Below, in pieces: positions 52,785 to 64,000 of a DNA stretch of 64,000 nt (its first letter is position 1; the number at the start of each line of letters is the position of its first letter). The notes under the pieces were generated by a model that was not told the DNA's origin, made no database searches, and saw nothing but the letters and a program-made list of their open reading frames with translations. A program made the translations under genes and the position numbers. The DNA is from Eledone cirrhosa. Its lineage: Eukaryota. The stretch is taken from NCBI GenBank assembly GCA_964016885.1, contig OZ024740.1:350362001-350426000 (forward strand). The letters run 5' to 3'.

Positions 52785-52814
<30 letters not shown>

Positions 52815-52817
<3 letters not shown>

Positions 52818-53392
52818 GGCTGGAGACATGATGTGATGGGGAGGGTGATCCACTGGCACCTATGCAAAGTAAACAATTTACCACATTCTGAGAATTGGTA
52901 TGAGCATAAGCCAGAGCCGGTGATAGAAAACGATCAGGTGAAGGTGCTGTGGGATTTTAGGATACAGACGGACAAGAAATTAGAAGACAATAGGCCTGAC
53001 CTGGTGGTTTTGGACAAGGAAAAAAGATCGTGCCTGATTGTAGATATAGCCTGCCCATTTGACACGAGAGTGCAAGAGAAGGAGAGGGAGAAAATTAACC
53101 GATACCAGGACTTAAAGTGGAAGGTAAAAAGGATTTGGAACTGCCATGAAGTCAAGGTGGTCCCGATTGTCATAGGCGCACTAGGTACTATCTCAACGAG
53201 TTTCCAGGGATGGTTAAAGAAAATTGGCCCGCCACGCTTTTTGGAACGCTTCAAAAGGCATGCTTGCTGGGAACAGCAAGAGCCCTCCGATACGTCCTGA
53301 ATATCTGAAGCTGCAGGTAGTGGGTTGATATTCATTTCAACAAACTTTCCAGTTAACTAACATCAATGACTGAGACTCAAAGAACAATAATA
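52815..53392 (+). mobile_element. 5'-truncated Dong 3' fragment (RLE region)
   Basis: ORF 52833..53300. (AAT)n on both sides. Confidence 0.92.
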
Positions 53393-53393
53393 A

Positions 53394-53576
53394 TTGTTTC
53401 TACTTTTGGCACAAGGCCAGCAATTACCCAGTGCATTACTGGTACTTTATTTTATCGACCCCGTAAGGATGAAAGGCAAAGTTAACCCCGGCGGGATTTG
53501 AACTCAGAATGGCAAGGGCCGTAACTCTATGCGTCAAAGCATGGAGTCCGACCCTCTATCGATACTGCCAATCCAC
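53394..53576 (-). mobile_element. SINE inserted tail-to-tail in the Dong (AAT)n tail
   Basis: Nearly identical to the reverse complement of 7821-8002. Confidence 0.92.
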
Positions 53577-53786
53577 AATTATTATTATTAATATTATTAT
53601 TATTATTATTCTCTACATTCCTTACATCAAACTAAAATATGTTGACAATCTTTTAATAATGTCTTCCTTGTGAAATTTGTGGTCTTGTTTTGCTTAACTA
53701 ATGAATATATATATATATATATAGTAATAATAATAAATTTGAAGACTAAAATCCATGAACCACCTAATAGAATATTAGTCTACGAC

Positions 53787-54314
53787 TTTATCTTTTCAAT
53801 GGAAGCCCGTAAGGACTGTCTACTTATTTTTGAGACTCGGAAACGTTTCGGTAAAGGTAACCATAGTAAGTACAGTGAATTTTTTGAAATTTATTTTGAA
53901 ACTTTTTCTTATTTGCTAAACCTTGGTTATATATATTCTGGCTCGTTAATTCATTAACCTGCCATAGAACCACATTGGCATACATGTGTCCCTATTCGTT
54001 TTTTGCGTATAGGGATATATACTTTATTATTATTATTATATTATTAATCTCCTCCTGGTCGAGATGAAATCTGGTCGTTTGACTGCTGCTATTTATAGTG
54101 GTAGTCGATTGACTTCCCTGCCTCTGCCTCTATCTTTGCACTCGGCACTGGACAGAATTGCTTCCACATCATTCATTCTCATCTCGGGAACAATTTTGAA
54201 AAGCGCCAGTTCGTAATTTGAACTCTGGAATTTTATATCCTCCGAGTGAAAAGAACCTTCTGACGAGAGTTTATCTTTTCAATGGAAGCCCGTAAGGACT
54301 GACCATTTATTTTT

Positions 54315-54320
<6 letters not shown>
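53787..54320 (+). mobile_element. ~483-bp terminally redundant unit with a hammerhead split across its ends
   Basis: TTTATCTTTTCAATGGAAGCCCGTAAGGACTG..TTTTGAGACT at 53787 and 54270. CTGACGA box at 54260, GAAAC..GTA at 53840-53853. Confidence 0.62.
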
Positions 54321-54358
<38 letters not shown>

Positions 54359-54379
54359 ATATATATATATATATATAAA

Positions 54380-54411
<32 letters not shown>

Positions 54412-54572
54412 GTAATAATAATAAATTTGAAGACTAAAATCCAAAGAGAGCTCGATAAGGATAAATATATATCAGATATATAAGAACCGTAGAGCAAATA
54501 TTTATTAAAATAACAGATTAAAGTTTAAGCAAGGAATCGCTGCTTTCACCCTTAACGGGATCTTCTGAATAA

Positions 54573-54622
<50 letters not shown>

Positions 54623-55463
54623 ATATGTATATATATATAATGTATGTATATATATATTAATTTCTTATCTTTAATCTGCAACTTTTACTTCTCAATTACT
54701 TCTTAATTCATATTATGACTCACTATACCATTTTCCTTATATTCTCGGCCATACAAATTTTTATTTTTAATATATACTAATATTACCAATAGTGAAATTT
54801 TGTAAACATATATTTTTTTGACGTTATATATTTTTTCTACCTTGAATTTCTCCTTTCTTCTCTCCTTCCGTGCTCGTATTAAACCTATTATTTATTTTTT
54901 TCTATTACAATACATAGAAACAAATTTGAACCCTAATTAATTTCTAAGTTCATAATTCATTTAACCTTATCTTCTTAATATAATTTATTTTAATAATACA
55001 TTTTAATAAATTCCTTTTCGCACATATTATTAAACCCTTCAATATATAAACCTTAAATAAATAGTATTCTTAATTCCTTTTTCTTTAATCATAAGCATCA
55101 CCATTCATAAAACTCATTAACTTTTAATTTCTAAATTTTTTTAAAATTATGTATTATCTTACAACGGTTTTTTAAATTTCTCTGTGAGACAGTGTTTCTC
55201 AGTATTAAAAGGTTATCTCTCTCTCTCACTCATTTTCTCCTCCTTTCTCATCCTTCCTTCTTATACTCCTCCTCCGTCATCCTTTCCTTATTATTATATA
55301 TTTATTTCTTATTATATTCTTTCTTCCTCTTCCTTACCTTTTCCTTCCCCCTTCCTTTCCTTTTTTTCCCCAATCTCATATATCCATCTTATTTTATTTT
55401 TCATATGTTGATTTAACACTTCACTGCTCGCAAGTGTTTTTTAAGCTTCATATCATGTCTCCC

Positions 55464-55534
55464 TATTTTATCTGATGAGAACGCAAATATCATCCCATGA
55501 TGATATTTGTTTTTGAAATGCGCATAATAAAATA
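55464..55534 (+). ncRNA. Type I hammerhead ribozyme motif with long stem II
   Basis: TATTTTAT-CTGATGA-GAACGCAAATATCATC ccat GATGATATTTGT..-GAAA-TGCGC-ATA|ATAAAATA. Confidence 0.78.
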
Positions 55535-55560
55535 CATGGAACTCTTTTAACCATCTTTTG

Positions 55561-55618
<58 letters not shown>

Positions 55619-55625
<7 letters not shown>

Positions 55626-56045
55626 CGTCGTTTAGAAAGCCACAACAATGCAGAGGGAAATCTCGAGGTAGGAAGTGAATGATAGATAGGAAAACAGGAG
55701 AAAGTGAAAATTGAGAGAGACAAAGATGAAAACAAAACAAAGGTAGAAGGGTTACCGTAGTGGAGATTTAATCCCAATATTTCTAAGTTCATAATTCATT
55801 TAACCTTATCTTCTTAATATAATTTATTTCGGCTCACGCCCGAAATATTGGGATTAAATCAACGGGGGAAAGTTCCAAAAGGAATATTGGGGTTAAATCT
55901 CCACTACGGTAACCCTTCTACCTTTGTTTTGTTTTCATCTTTGTCTCTCTCAATTTTCACTTTCTCCTGTTTTCCTATCTATCATTCACTTCCTACCTCG
56001 AGATTTCCCTCTGCATTGTTGTGGCTTTCTAAACGACGTATTTTA
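55619..56045. repeat. ~160-bp near-perfect inverted repeat with patchwork spacer, in (TA)n
   Basis: 55619-55780 is the reverse complement of 55883-56045. Confidence 0.92.
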
Positions 56046-56082
56046 CACATTTCACAATGCTTCAAGCAAACTTTAACACCCT

Positions 56083-56428
<346 letters not shown>

Positions 56429-56710
56429 GAGGCACGTGGTCTAGTGGTAAGAATGTCGGACTTACGATTATAATGTCGTGGGTTCGATTCCTGGGTTGCG
56501 TGTTGTGTTCTTGAGCAAAACACTTCATTTCACGTTGCTCCAGTATACTCACCTGGAAATGAGTACCAGCAATAGCTGGAGGTTTAACCCTGCGATGGAC
56601 TGGCGCCCTGTCCAGTGGGGAGTCTTGTACTCTCAGTCGCTTCATGCCATGAAACCGGGATAAGCACCGGCCAAATGAGCCTTCTGGCTTAAGACAGATT
56701 TTAGACTTTT
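56429..56710 (+). mobile_element. tRNA-derived SINE, second family (CORE-like plus V-domain-like body)
   Basis: A box TGGTCTAGTGG, B box GGTTCGATTCC, GTGTTCTTGAGCAAAACACTT, CCCTGCGATGGACTGGCGCCCTGTCCAG. Confidence 0.85.
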
Positions 56711-57317
56711 ATATATATATGTATATATATATATATATCCAGGGAGTGTAACATGAAGTTATTGTAGGTTCACCCAGGTGAGCACTCGATCTTTAGTTTC
56801 ACATCAGTGGCGTAGTGTAGAGCTAGACAAAGTGTAATATAATAATTGTTTCTACTTTTGGCACAAGACCACCAATTATCCCAGTGTATTACTGGTACTT
56901 TATTTTATCAACCCCGTAAGGATGAAAGGCAAATATTAATAATACTGGTAATGGGTACCTTTCTAAGAGAGAAAAATGCAAACGAAAGTGATCAGTCCCT
57001 ACGCACGCACTCTCTCTTACACATCCACACTCTCACAGCAGCCATCTTGTCACGGTTCAACGCTCCTCCTTCAAATATACGAACACACCTTCACACGCGC
57101 ACACACGGCCACATATACATATGTCCACCTCACATATACATTGACTACCTCCATTCCTAAACCTCTCTAACGCGCAATATACCCTTGACAAGCCATTCTC
57201 CAAGATGGATGGCTGAATACGCACGTGTATATTTTTCTCCCCTTTTCCCCCTTCATTTTCCCCGTTCCTTCCTCTCATCACTCTTTACTTTCTATTTATC
57301 TTCTATTTCTAACTCTA

Positions 57318-57354
57318 TCTTCTGATGAAGGACTAGTGTCCGAAATGTTAAGAC
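57318..57354 (+). ncRNA. Minimal hammerhead motif, paralog of 37908-37944
   Basis: CTGATGAAGGACTAGTGTCCGAAATGTTAAGA with conserved downstream ~60 nt. Confidence 0.62.
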
Positions 57355-58482
57355 TCTCTTCCTGCTATTTCAAGCGTTGAACTCATATATTTCTTCCATG
57401 TACAGTGTCACGAAGAGTAGATTTTATGTCGCATCTGTTCCCCTATATAGATATTCAACAGTTTGAATTTTTCTGGTATTACGGTTCTCTATTTACGTTT
57501 CCTTACTTCTCTAAACCATACACAACTGTTTTAAAACAAGGTAGGGCATAGTAGATATCCTACTTCTAGTTAAACTAAGACTGAAAAAAAAAGAAGTAAT
57601 TGCCATGACTGGTATATCTGCTGAATTAGGGCTGAATAACAACAAAAAGCAATTTCCTATCTTTTTATGCCAGGTGTGGAGAACTCCTCACCTACATTCA
57701 AATTTAAAATTGCTCGCTGCCGAACTTCAAAATACATCTGCTACTGTTTAGTGATGAAAAGAAGAGCAATACACATGGGCTTTCTCAAGGCCTCTGATAT
57801 TGGTGGAAGCGAGAGAGGAAACTACCATCAAACCAGAGATCTGGATTGAATTCTTGTAACAGAGTGGACTACACTAAGTCTTAAGACCTAAACAATAATT
57901 TAATACTATCAGAAATCGTAGAAATTCTAGGGTTGTTTTGAAAATTATTAGATCGTTGGAAGTCTGTTGAGTACTATGAAATACATAATTTCTTTTGAAA
58001 TTTTATTTTTTCTAAAGCCTTTGATTCTTTTTGATAATGTACAATCCACATAGGTAGTACTGAAGATTCAGCCTTAGGAAAGAACATCTTTGATATCTAT
58101 ATTTTGTTAAATACTTGTCACCTCTTCTACTTTGAGAGTTGTTATCTAATAATTTTATCTTCACGTCTAGAAGTAAACAATCTTAACTATGGAACGAAAT
58201 CGATGACAATCCCTCTTTCATACTATTCTCCTGTGCTATGATTACGTCGGTAAAACTTTAATAAATCTTAATAAACTGTATGACATCCTTATTTTGATAT
58301 AAGAGAAAGGTTAATATGGCTGAACTTAAATTCAGCACTACAATGAATGAACTACATTAGATATGGCACTGTGCTGTAGATTATATATGAAAATATGTCA
58401 GTAATTACATACGCTTATTAGTTTTAAATAATTATTTACTTGCGAATTATATAAATAATATAATTATTGCATCTATATTAGA

Positions 58483-59419
58483 CTAGCAGTAAAGCCCGGC
58501 GTTGCTCGGGGTCGCTCAGTAGCTGTGTTAAAGTTACAATGTTAAGTTTCTTTCTTGGCTTAAAAACTATAGTGTCTACTGTGCAGACTTGCATGTGGTG
58601 TTTTTGATTAATATTCCCTCAACCAACAATATGCCTTATGAAGTTAAGAAAACATAACGATAACCCGAATGTTATAACAAAAGAGGATGCTGGGGATAGA
58701 AACTGCACTGGTTATTTATTAACAAAGATCGAAAATGTAAACACTGCAACGCAGAGAAAAACATTAGCGTAACCAAATTATCAGTTATGTCTGTCTGCAC
58801 GCCTATATCACCTCTCTGCACGACTGTCTGTCTGCACGCCTATATCACCTCTCTGCACGACTGTCTGTCTGCACGCCTATATCACCTCTCTGCACGACTG
58901 TCTGTCTGCACGCCTATATCACCTCTCTGCACGACTGTCTGTCTGCACGCGTATATCACCTCTCTGCACGACTGTCTGTCTGCACGACTGTCTGTCTGCA
59001 CGCCTAACGACGAAATATTTGCTTGTTTTACGTAGTCTTTAAATAGACTTGTTTTCAAGTAAAAATATTGTTTTAAAATGCTTTTAAATGGAAATGAAGC
59101 AAAACGGAAGCTTAGTGTTCGTGTATTGTGTTAATGTCATTTTAAACGCTGAGAAAGCCAGCGTAATTTTTTACGTAAGAGGCTCAATGTAAACAGAACA
59201 AAGGGAAATAACTGATAACTTACGCTCAAAAATCGATACATTATATTCGATTTCGTCACATAGGGTGGGTCAATTTGAAATTCTTTTTTTTCCGATGTCT
59301 TCGCTAGGGCTCAATGTACAAGTCTAGCAATTTCGGTGCAATTCCTTGAGAGATTCTAAGAGGAGATGTGTGCCAAAAATCGATAGACAGACAGACAACC
59401 ACAGTTTTATATATATAGA
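58483..59419 (-). mobile_element. Non-autonomous Helitron with internal 37-bp minisatellite
   Basis: Minus strand 5' TC(TA)n, 3' hairpin CCCGAGCAACGCCGGG followed by CTAG, inserted between A and T. 37-bp unit x~5.5 at 58788-59005. Confidence 0.85.
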
Positions 59420-59619
59420 TTAGATCTTATATTTCGTTCCATATTTTGTCAGTCAATAGTTTTAAGTATAATATAAATGTATATAAATGATTTTGTTTCA
59501 TGATTTATGTATTACAAACGTAAACTTCAGCAGAATAATTGTATAGATAATTTGCAGATATATTAATTTGTAAAATTTAAAATTACAATATTTTACTAAA
59601 CACGAATATGCCCCCCCCC

Positions 59620-59662
<43 letters not shown>

Positions 59663-59669
59663 GATATAG

Positions 59670-59712
<43 letters not shown>

Positions 59713-59715
59713 TAG

Positions 59716-59776
<61 letters not shown>

Positions 59777-59800
59777 AATATATATGTATATATATATATA

Positions 59801-60169
59801 TCAACATACGTTAACCTTGGTCTTCCTCTTCTAGTGTGTCCATGTAGGGGCTCCCAAAGGAGTACTGAGTGCAATGTCAACTCTGGATGTCGGTGAGCAT
59901 GTCCAGCTAACCTCAGTCTCCTCTGTATCACTTTTGAGCTGACTTTTGGGAGGCTCCCATACAGCTCTGAGTTTTTCATCCTCAGTGTATACTGATTAAT
60001 GTTCAGAGCCATCCTCAGCATTCTCGTGTAGCACCCGTCCACCATCTGAGTGAGTTTCCTGGTCAGTGTCCAAGTCTCTGGTCTGTTGGAGATGCAGGAC
60101 ATGGCAGCGATAATGAGGGACAGAGACCGCTGGAGAGAACTCGTCCATGGATCTCGGGAATTTTACCCG

Positions 60170-60172
<3 letters not shown>
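59801..60172. mobile_element. RTE-clade LINE 3' end with 5' inversion
   Basis: Minus: [28 protein letters not shown]. Plus: [22 protein letters not shown]. Confidence 0.8.
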
Positions 60173-60211
<39 letters not shown>

Positions 60212-60501
60212 ATACTTGGGGAGGGTCATATTTGTGTAATATTGCCAGAATTAATAACAGAACACACTCACTGTTTGGTTGGTTTTCGCTTCTCGCTGTC
60301 TTTTATATCTGCGATCTAACTTACTCGGTCCTCAATGTTGCCATTGACTGACTGACGGTCAAAAATAATACAGAACAATATAGACACAAACACATATATA
60401 TAGTTTACATAAATCTTTCGTTGCACATCTGCAACATCGTCAGTGGTGTTATATTTTTTCCTCCTGTTGTGTTGTATGTCTACGCCATTTTTTATTCAGT
60501 C

Positions 60502-60534
<33 letters not shown>

Positions 60535-60536
<2 letters not shown>

Positions 60537-60728
60537 CGAAGGAATTGTGGTAAGGACCAGATGGACCATAACGCACCAAAGTACTCAATACTTAGTGTAG
60601 TAGAGTGGGTAATAGGAACAAGTATGACCCGACAGCAGAGCTCAAGCCGTTTCGACGGCTATTTCTGGACGCAGAAATACCCGTCGAAACGGGTTGAGCT
60701 CTGCCGTCGGGGTCATACTTGTTCCTAT
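60535..60728 (-). mobile_element. Foldback element (family of 50924-51133)
   Basis: Same tail reversed, own hairpin 60612-60728. Confidence 0.85.
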
Positions 60729-60792
60729 ATATATATATATATATATATACGATATATTAACAAATGGAAACTATATTTATAAAACCATATTT

Positions 60793-60855
60793 ATTTCATC
60801 ATACATGTTTCAAGGACACCAAGTTAAATTATGGTGTGCTTTCATCAGATAAAAT
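60793..60855 (-). ncRNA. Degenerate hammerhead motif (same TTTTAT-CTGATGA type)
   Basis: CTGATGA-AAGcACACCA..TGGTGTcCTT-GAAACATGTA; stem I is out of register. Confidence 0.5.
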
Positions 60856-62074
60856 ATAATATAGATCAGTTTTATAAATAAATATTGACCCTTAAAGAAT
60901 GCGACCATTTCTGTTGGAAGCTCCCGGATAGAGGGGTTATAAATTTATTTATACTATTATGCAAATTAGTGTCGGATATTTTAAAATCACAGTAGATTTA
61001 AAATAAGTCGTTGGGGTATGTAGAAAGGGAAAGAGAAAAAAGAAAAAAAGAGAAAAAACCAGCTTTAAGAGGGAAATAAGAAAACAAGAAAAAGAGAAAG
61101 AGAGAAAGAGAAAGAGAAGAAAAAAGAAAAGAGAAAAAAGAAAGACAAAGAGAAAGCCCTAAGTGATAGGTTGTTGTATTTGCATAACTTTTAAGATGAA
61201 GTGAAAAAATAAATATTTTTTGGATGAGTAAAGTAAATAAGTAAATAAGCGTGAATGAAAAATACTCGTGAATGAAAAATGAATTTTAACCAGTGTTTAA
61301 ATATGATTAAATGTTTAGTTTATCAATTAAATTATCCATCAAATTATCGAGATCTATACATTAAAAGTTGAGATCTATATATTATTACAAAATCTATATA
61401 TTATTAAAACCCATATATTATTAAAAGAATATATTCATATATATACGTACGCACACATATATACATATACATATAAATATATATATATATACCTACACAT
61501 ACCATACACATAGATAAAGGATTTTTTTATGAATAAGATATAGGAATTTTCTTAAACTTATATATTTTTCTGAGAAACCAGAGAAAAAAACCCGGAGAAA
61601 AACATTTCTATGTAATAGCAAAACAGCGTGAAGGAAATTAAGTTATTTACTTATATTAAATGTTATAAATGTCAAGATAACAAAGGAAATTTAAGATTAT
61701 AGAAACCTTATGTTATAATACAAACCTTATATTATAAATTTTATATTTACTAAATCCACCTGTTATGTGGTTGTGACTGTTATTATATAAGTTTGTTTAT
61801 CACGAACCTTAAGGAAATCCTTATAATCTAGTTCATTTGAATTGTATGCATATATATATATATATATACAGACACACACACACATGTATATATATAAAAT
61901 TCCAAACATATTAAAAACAATGTTTTTAATAATATTTTTGTAATTTTCTATACCACTCCGTAAATTGTTACACTTGTAACCTATATAACTCCCATAGGAT
62001 CTACCAATTGGAATAAGTCGTACATGAACAATCAAATTAATTGATTAAACTAACGGAATTTGAATAATACTATG

Positions 62075-62191
<117 letters not shown>

Positions 62192-62206
62192 GTATATATA
62201 TATATA

Positions 62207-62375
62207 CCGTATTTTCCGCGGCGCCGAAGACACTTCGTCGTGGATGACGCACCCTAATTTTGAAAACCAAAAATTTGAAAAAAAATATTAAACAACATTC
62301 GGCCTCCAGGACGCATGGTAGATTTTTGAAACTTATTTTAGGGAAAATGTAGGGTCTTCGACACCGGAATTACGG
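62207..62375. mobile_element. Tc1/mariner (pogo-like) MITE
   Basis: TA-CCGTATTTTCCG..CGAAGAC / GTCTTCG..CCGGAATTACGG-TA. Confidence 0.75.
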
Positions 62376-62689
62376 TATATATAATATATATATATAATTC
62401 ATCACACGGCTGAATCCAACCCGGCTTTAGACATTAAAATATAACCAATCCAGCAACAAATAGTTTAAATAATAGGATACAACAATTAAAACAGTCGGAA
62501 GAGAGTTATGCATAACAAACAATATTTAATTCTGGAAACGACGATAATCGAATGGAGGGGAAAACACGAAGTCAAGTACTAGTAGAGTACCAGTTTATTT
62601 TTTCTCAAATACACATGTATAGGTTTAAATTGGAATTTAATGAAAAATAGAAAGAAAATTATAATATAAATTAAAATTCAAAATGTAGA

Positions 62690-62852
62690 ACGTCGGACAC
62701 CATGCTTTGCAGTATAGAGTTATGCGGCTTTACGTTCTGAGTTCAAATCCTTATGGGGTCGATAAAATAAAGCACAAGTAATGCACTGGAGTCGATTCAA
62801 TCGACTTTCCCCTCCCCAAATGTTGCTGGCCTCGTGATCATAGTAGAAATCA
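62690..62852 (+). mobile_element. Diverged SINE of the Deu/Nin-like family
   Basis: GAGTTCAAATCC, GGGGTCGATAAAATAAA, 3' end GCTGGCCTCGTG..GTAGAAATCAT. Confidence 0.75.
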
Positions 62853-63101
62853 TAAATCAATATTCAAAATATAACTAGTAAGAAAATATAGTTCTATAAA
62901 ACTGAATGTTGATTTCAGTATGAATTTCAACATTGGATAAAACTCCACTTTCAGTGCATTAATGTAACGTAATTTATCGAAATGTTAGTTCAATGGGATA
63001 TTTCACGAGCACATGCACACATACATACTCGCATATGCACACTCATATATGCACACAGACAAAAACACAAACAAACACAAAACAGAAATAAAAGAATTAG
63101 C

Positions 63102-63188
63102 AATAAAATAAAATAAAATAAAATAAAATAAAATAAAATAAAATAAAATAAAATAAAATAAAATAAAATAAAATAAATAAAAATAAAT
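63102..63188. repeat. (AAAAT)n microsatellite; many (TA)n, (CA)n, (CTAT)n and (CAGA)n tracts also occur between 28 and 63 kb
   Basis: Direct reading. Confidence 0.97.
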
Positions 63189-63739
63189 TGGAAAAAGTGA
63201 AGTATTTGAAATCAACTTTCAAAACTAATATGAAAAAGTCCTTCAGAACAAAACCCAAATACCTTCCAAATATGTTTATACATATATTTATGAATGTAAT
63301 ATTATGTTTGCGTATCGGATTTCATTTAACTTGTTTACTTTCTATTCAAGTCTCATTCTCTAATCTGTTTGACCTCGTTAGAGCTGACTCCAGATACTAC
63401 ATAATAGGGACGACCGAGGTTAATTTTACTATTCATCATATAGTATTTAACAGAACTTCTGTGTGTGTCGTACTCATGAACGCATATTTATAGGGAGGGC
63501 AGATGATTAAGTGAATATGGAACCGGGCGATCTGACAGAAGATCAGTAATTTGTATACTGTCTACAGTACATTTTGTCCGTGGTCAAGACACTTATTTAT
63601 ACATCAACTCAATGCTCCTGCCTGTAAATAAACATAGTCGTTTTAAGTGTTGGCCGTACTCTAAAATTGACGATGGTTTTATTAGTTTACTGTGACAAGT
63701 TCAAGTTCCTATACGAGGTGGTTTGAACAGAGATAGATG

Positions 63740-63934
63740 CAGACCTGTCAACTCTCCCCATCCGACGGGGAGGTCTCGCACCCACTTTGGGGTGGGTGAG
63801 AAATGTCTTCTCTTGTGAAAATGGGTATAGCTTTCATTATGTAAAATCTCTCCATTTTGCCCCATTTCTCCTCTTTTTGGGTCACTTGTTTTCATGGTAC
63901 TCCCCGTTTGGGTTTTTAGAGGTTGGCAGGTCTG
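63740..63934. mobile_element. hAT-like MITE with apparent 6-bp TSD
   Basis: TIRs CAGACCTGTCAAC / GTTGGCAGGTCTG, flanked by TAGATG on both sides. Confidence 0.75.
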
Positions 63935-64000
63935 TAGATGTTCCACCAGATTGGTTTTACTTTCGTAGATGACACAACACTTAGTTATTCAGCGGTGTTT

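Larger units (their letters stand above)
52544..53708. repeat. ~98-bp inverted repeats enclosing (AAT)n, SINE fragment, Dong fragment and SINE
   Basis: 52544-52641 is the reverse complement of 53611-53708. Confidence 0.9.

Noticed and set aside
54541-54570. Additional minus-strand hammerhead-like motifs (CAGAAGA..GAAA here; CTGATGA..GAAA at ~51221-51256)
   Set aside because: Core mutation or no stem I pairing; at best dead remnants.
57667-57849. Possible host exon after TTTTATGCCAG acceptor
   Set aside because: No recognisable protein similarity and no partner exons; cannot be supported.
58788-59005. CRISPR-like 37-bp periodicity
   Set aside because: Head-to-tail identical units without spacers, inside a Helitron in eukaryotic DNA.

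Overview
Eukaryotic, repeat-dominated DNA with no confidently identifiable host gene. The SINE, microsatellite and TE content suggests a cephalopod such as octopus (inference). Bases 1-27.5 kb are a nested retrotransposon array built inside an (ATT)n/(TAA)n microsatellite. It holds four large Tx1/L1-clade LINE copies plus fragments (ORF1 with CCHC knuckle; ORF2 APE-RT), all on +, and two R4/Dong-clade RT-RLE elements, both on -. The Tx1 copies carry two very different 5'UTR+ORF1 modules on a near-identical ORF2. Their ORF1 stop codon sits inside a GTAAGT splice donor, and removing a 52-53 nt GT..AG spacer would fuse ORF1 to ORF2 in frame. The dominant tRNA-derived SINE shares its 3' end and (ATT)n tail with this LINE. 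Bases 27.5-64 kb are AT-rich and microsatellite-rich. They contain further Dong copies, Penelope-like foldback fragments and about 12 hammerhead-ribozyme motifs, including a ~440-bp tandem retrozyme-like array with a compensatory stem change. They also hold circularly permuted ~500-bp units, MITEs, a non-autonomous Helitron and LINE/mariner remnants. All coordinates were read by eye and may be off by a few bases; no database searches were run.
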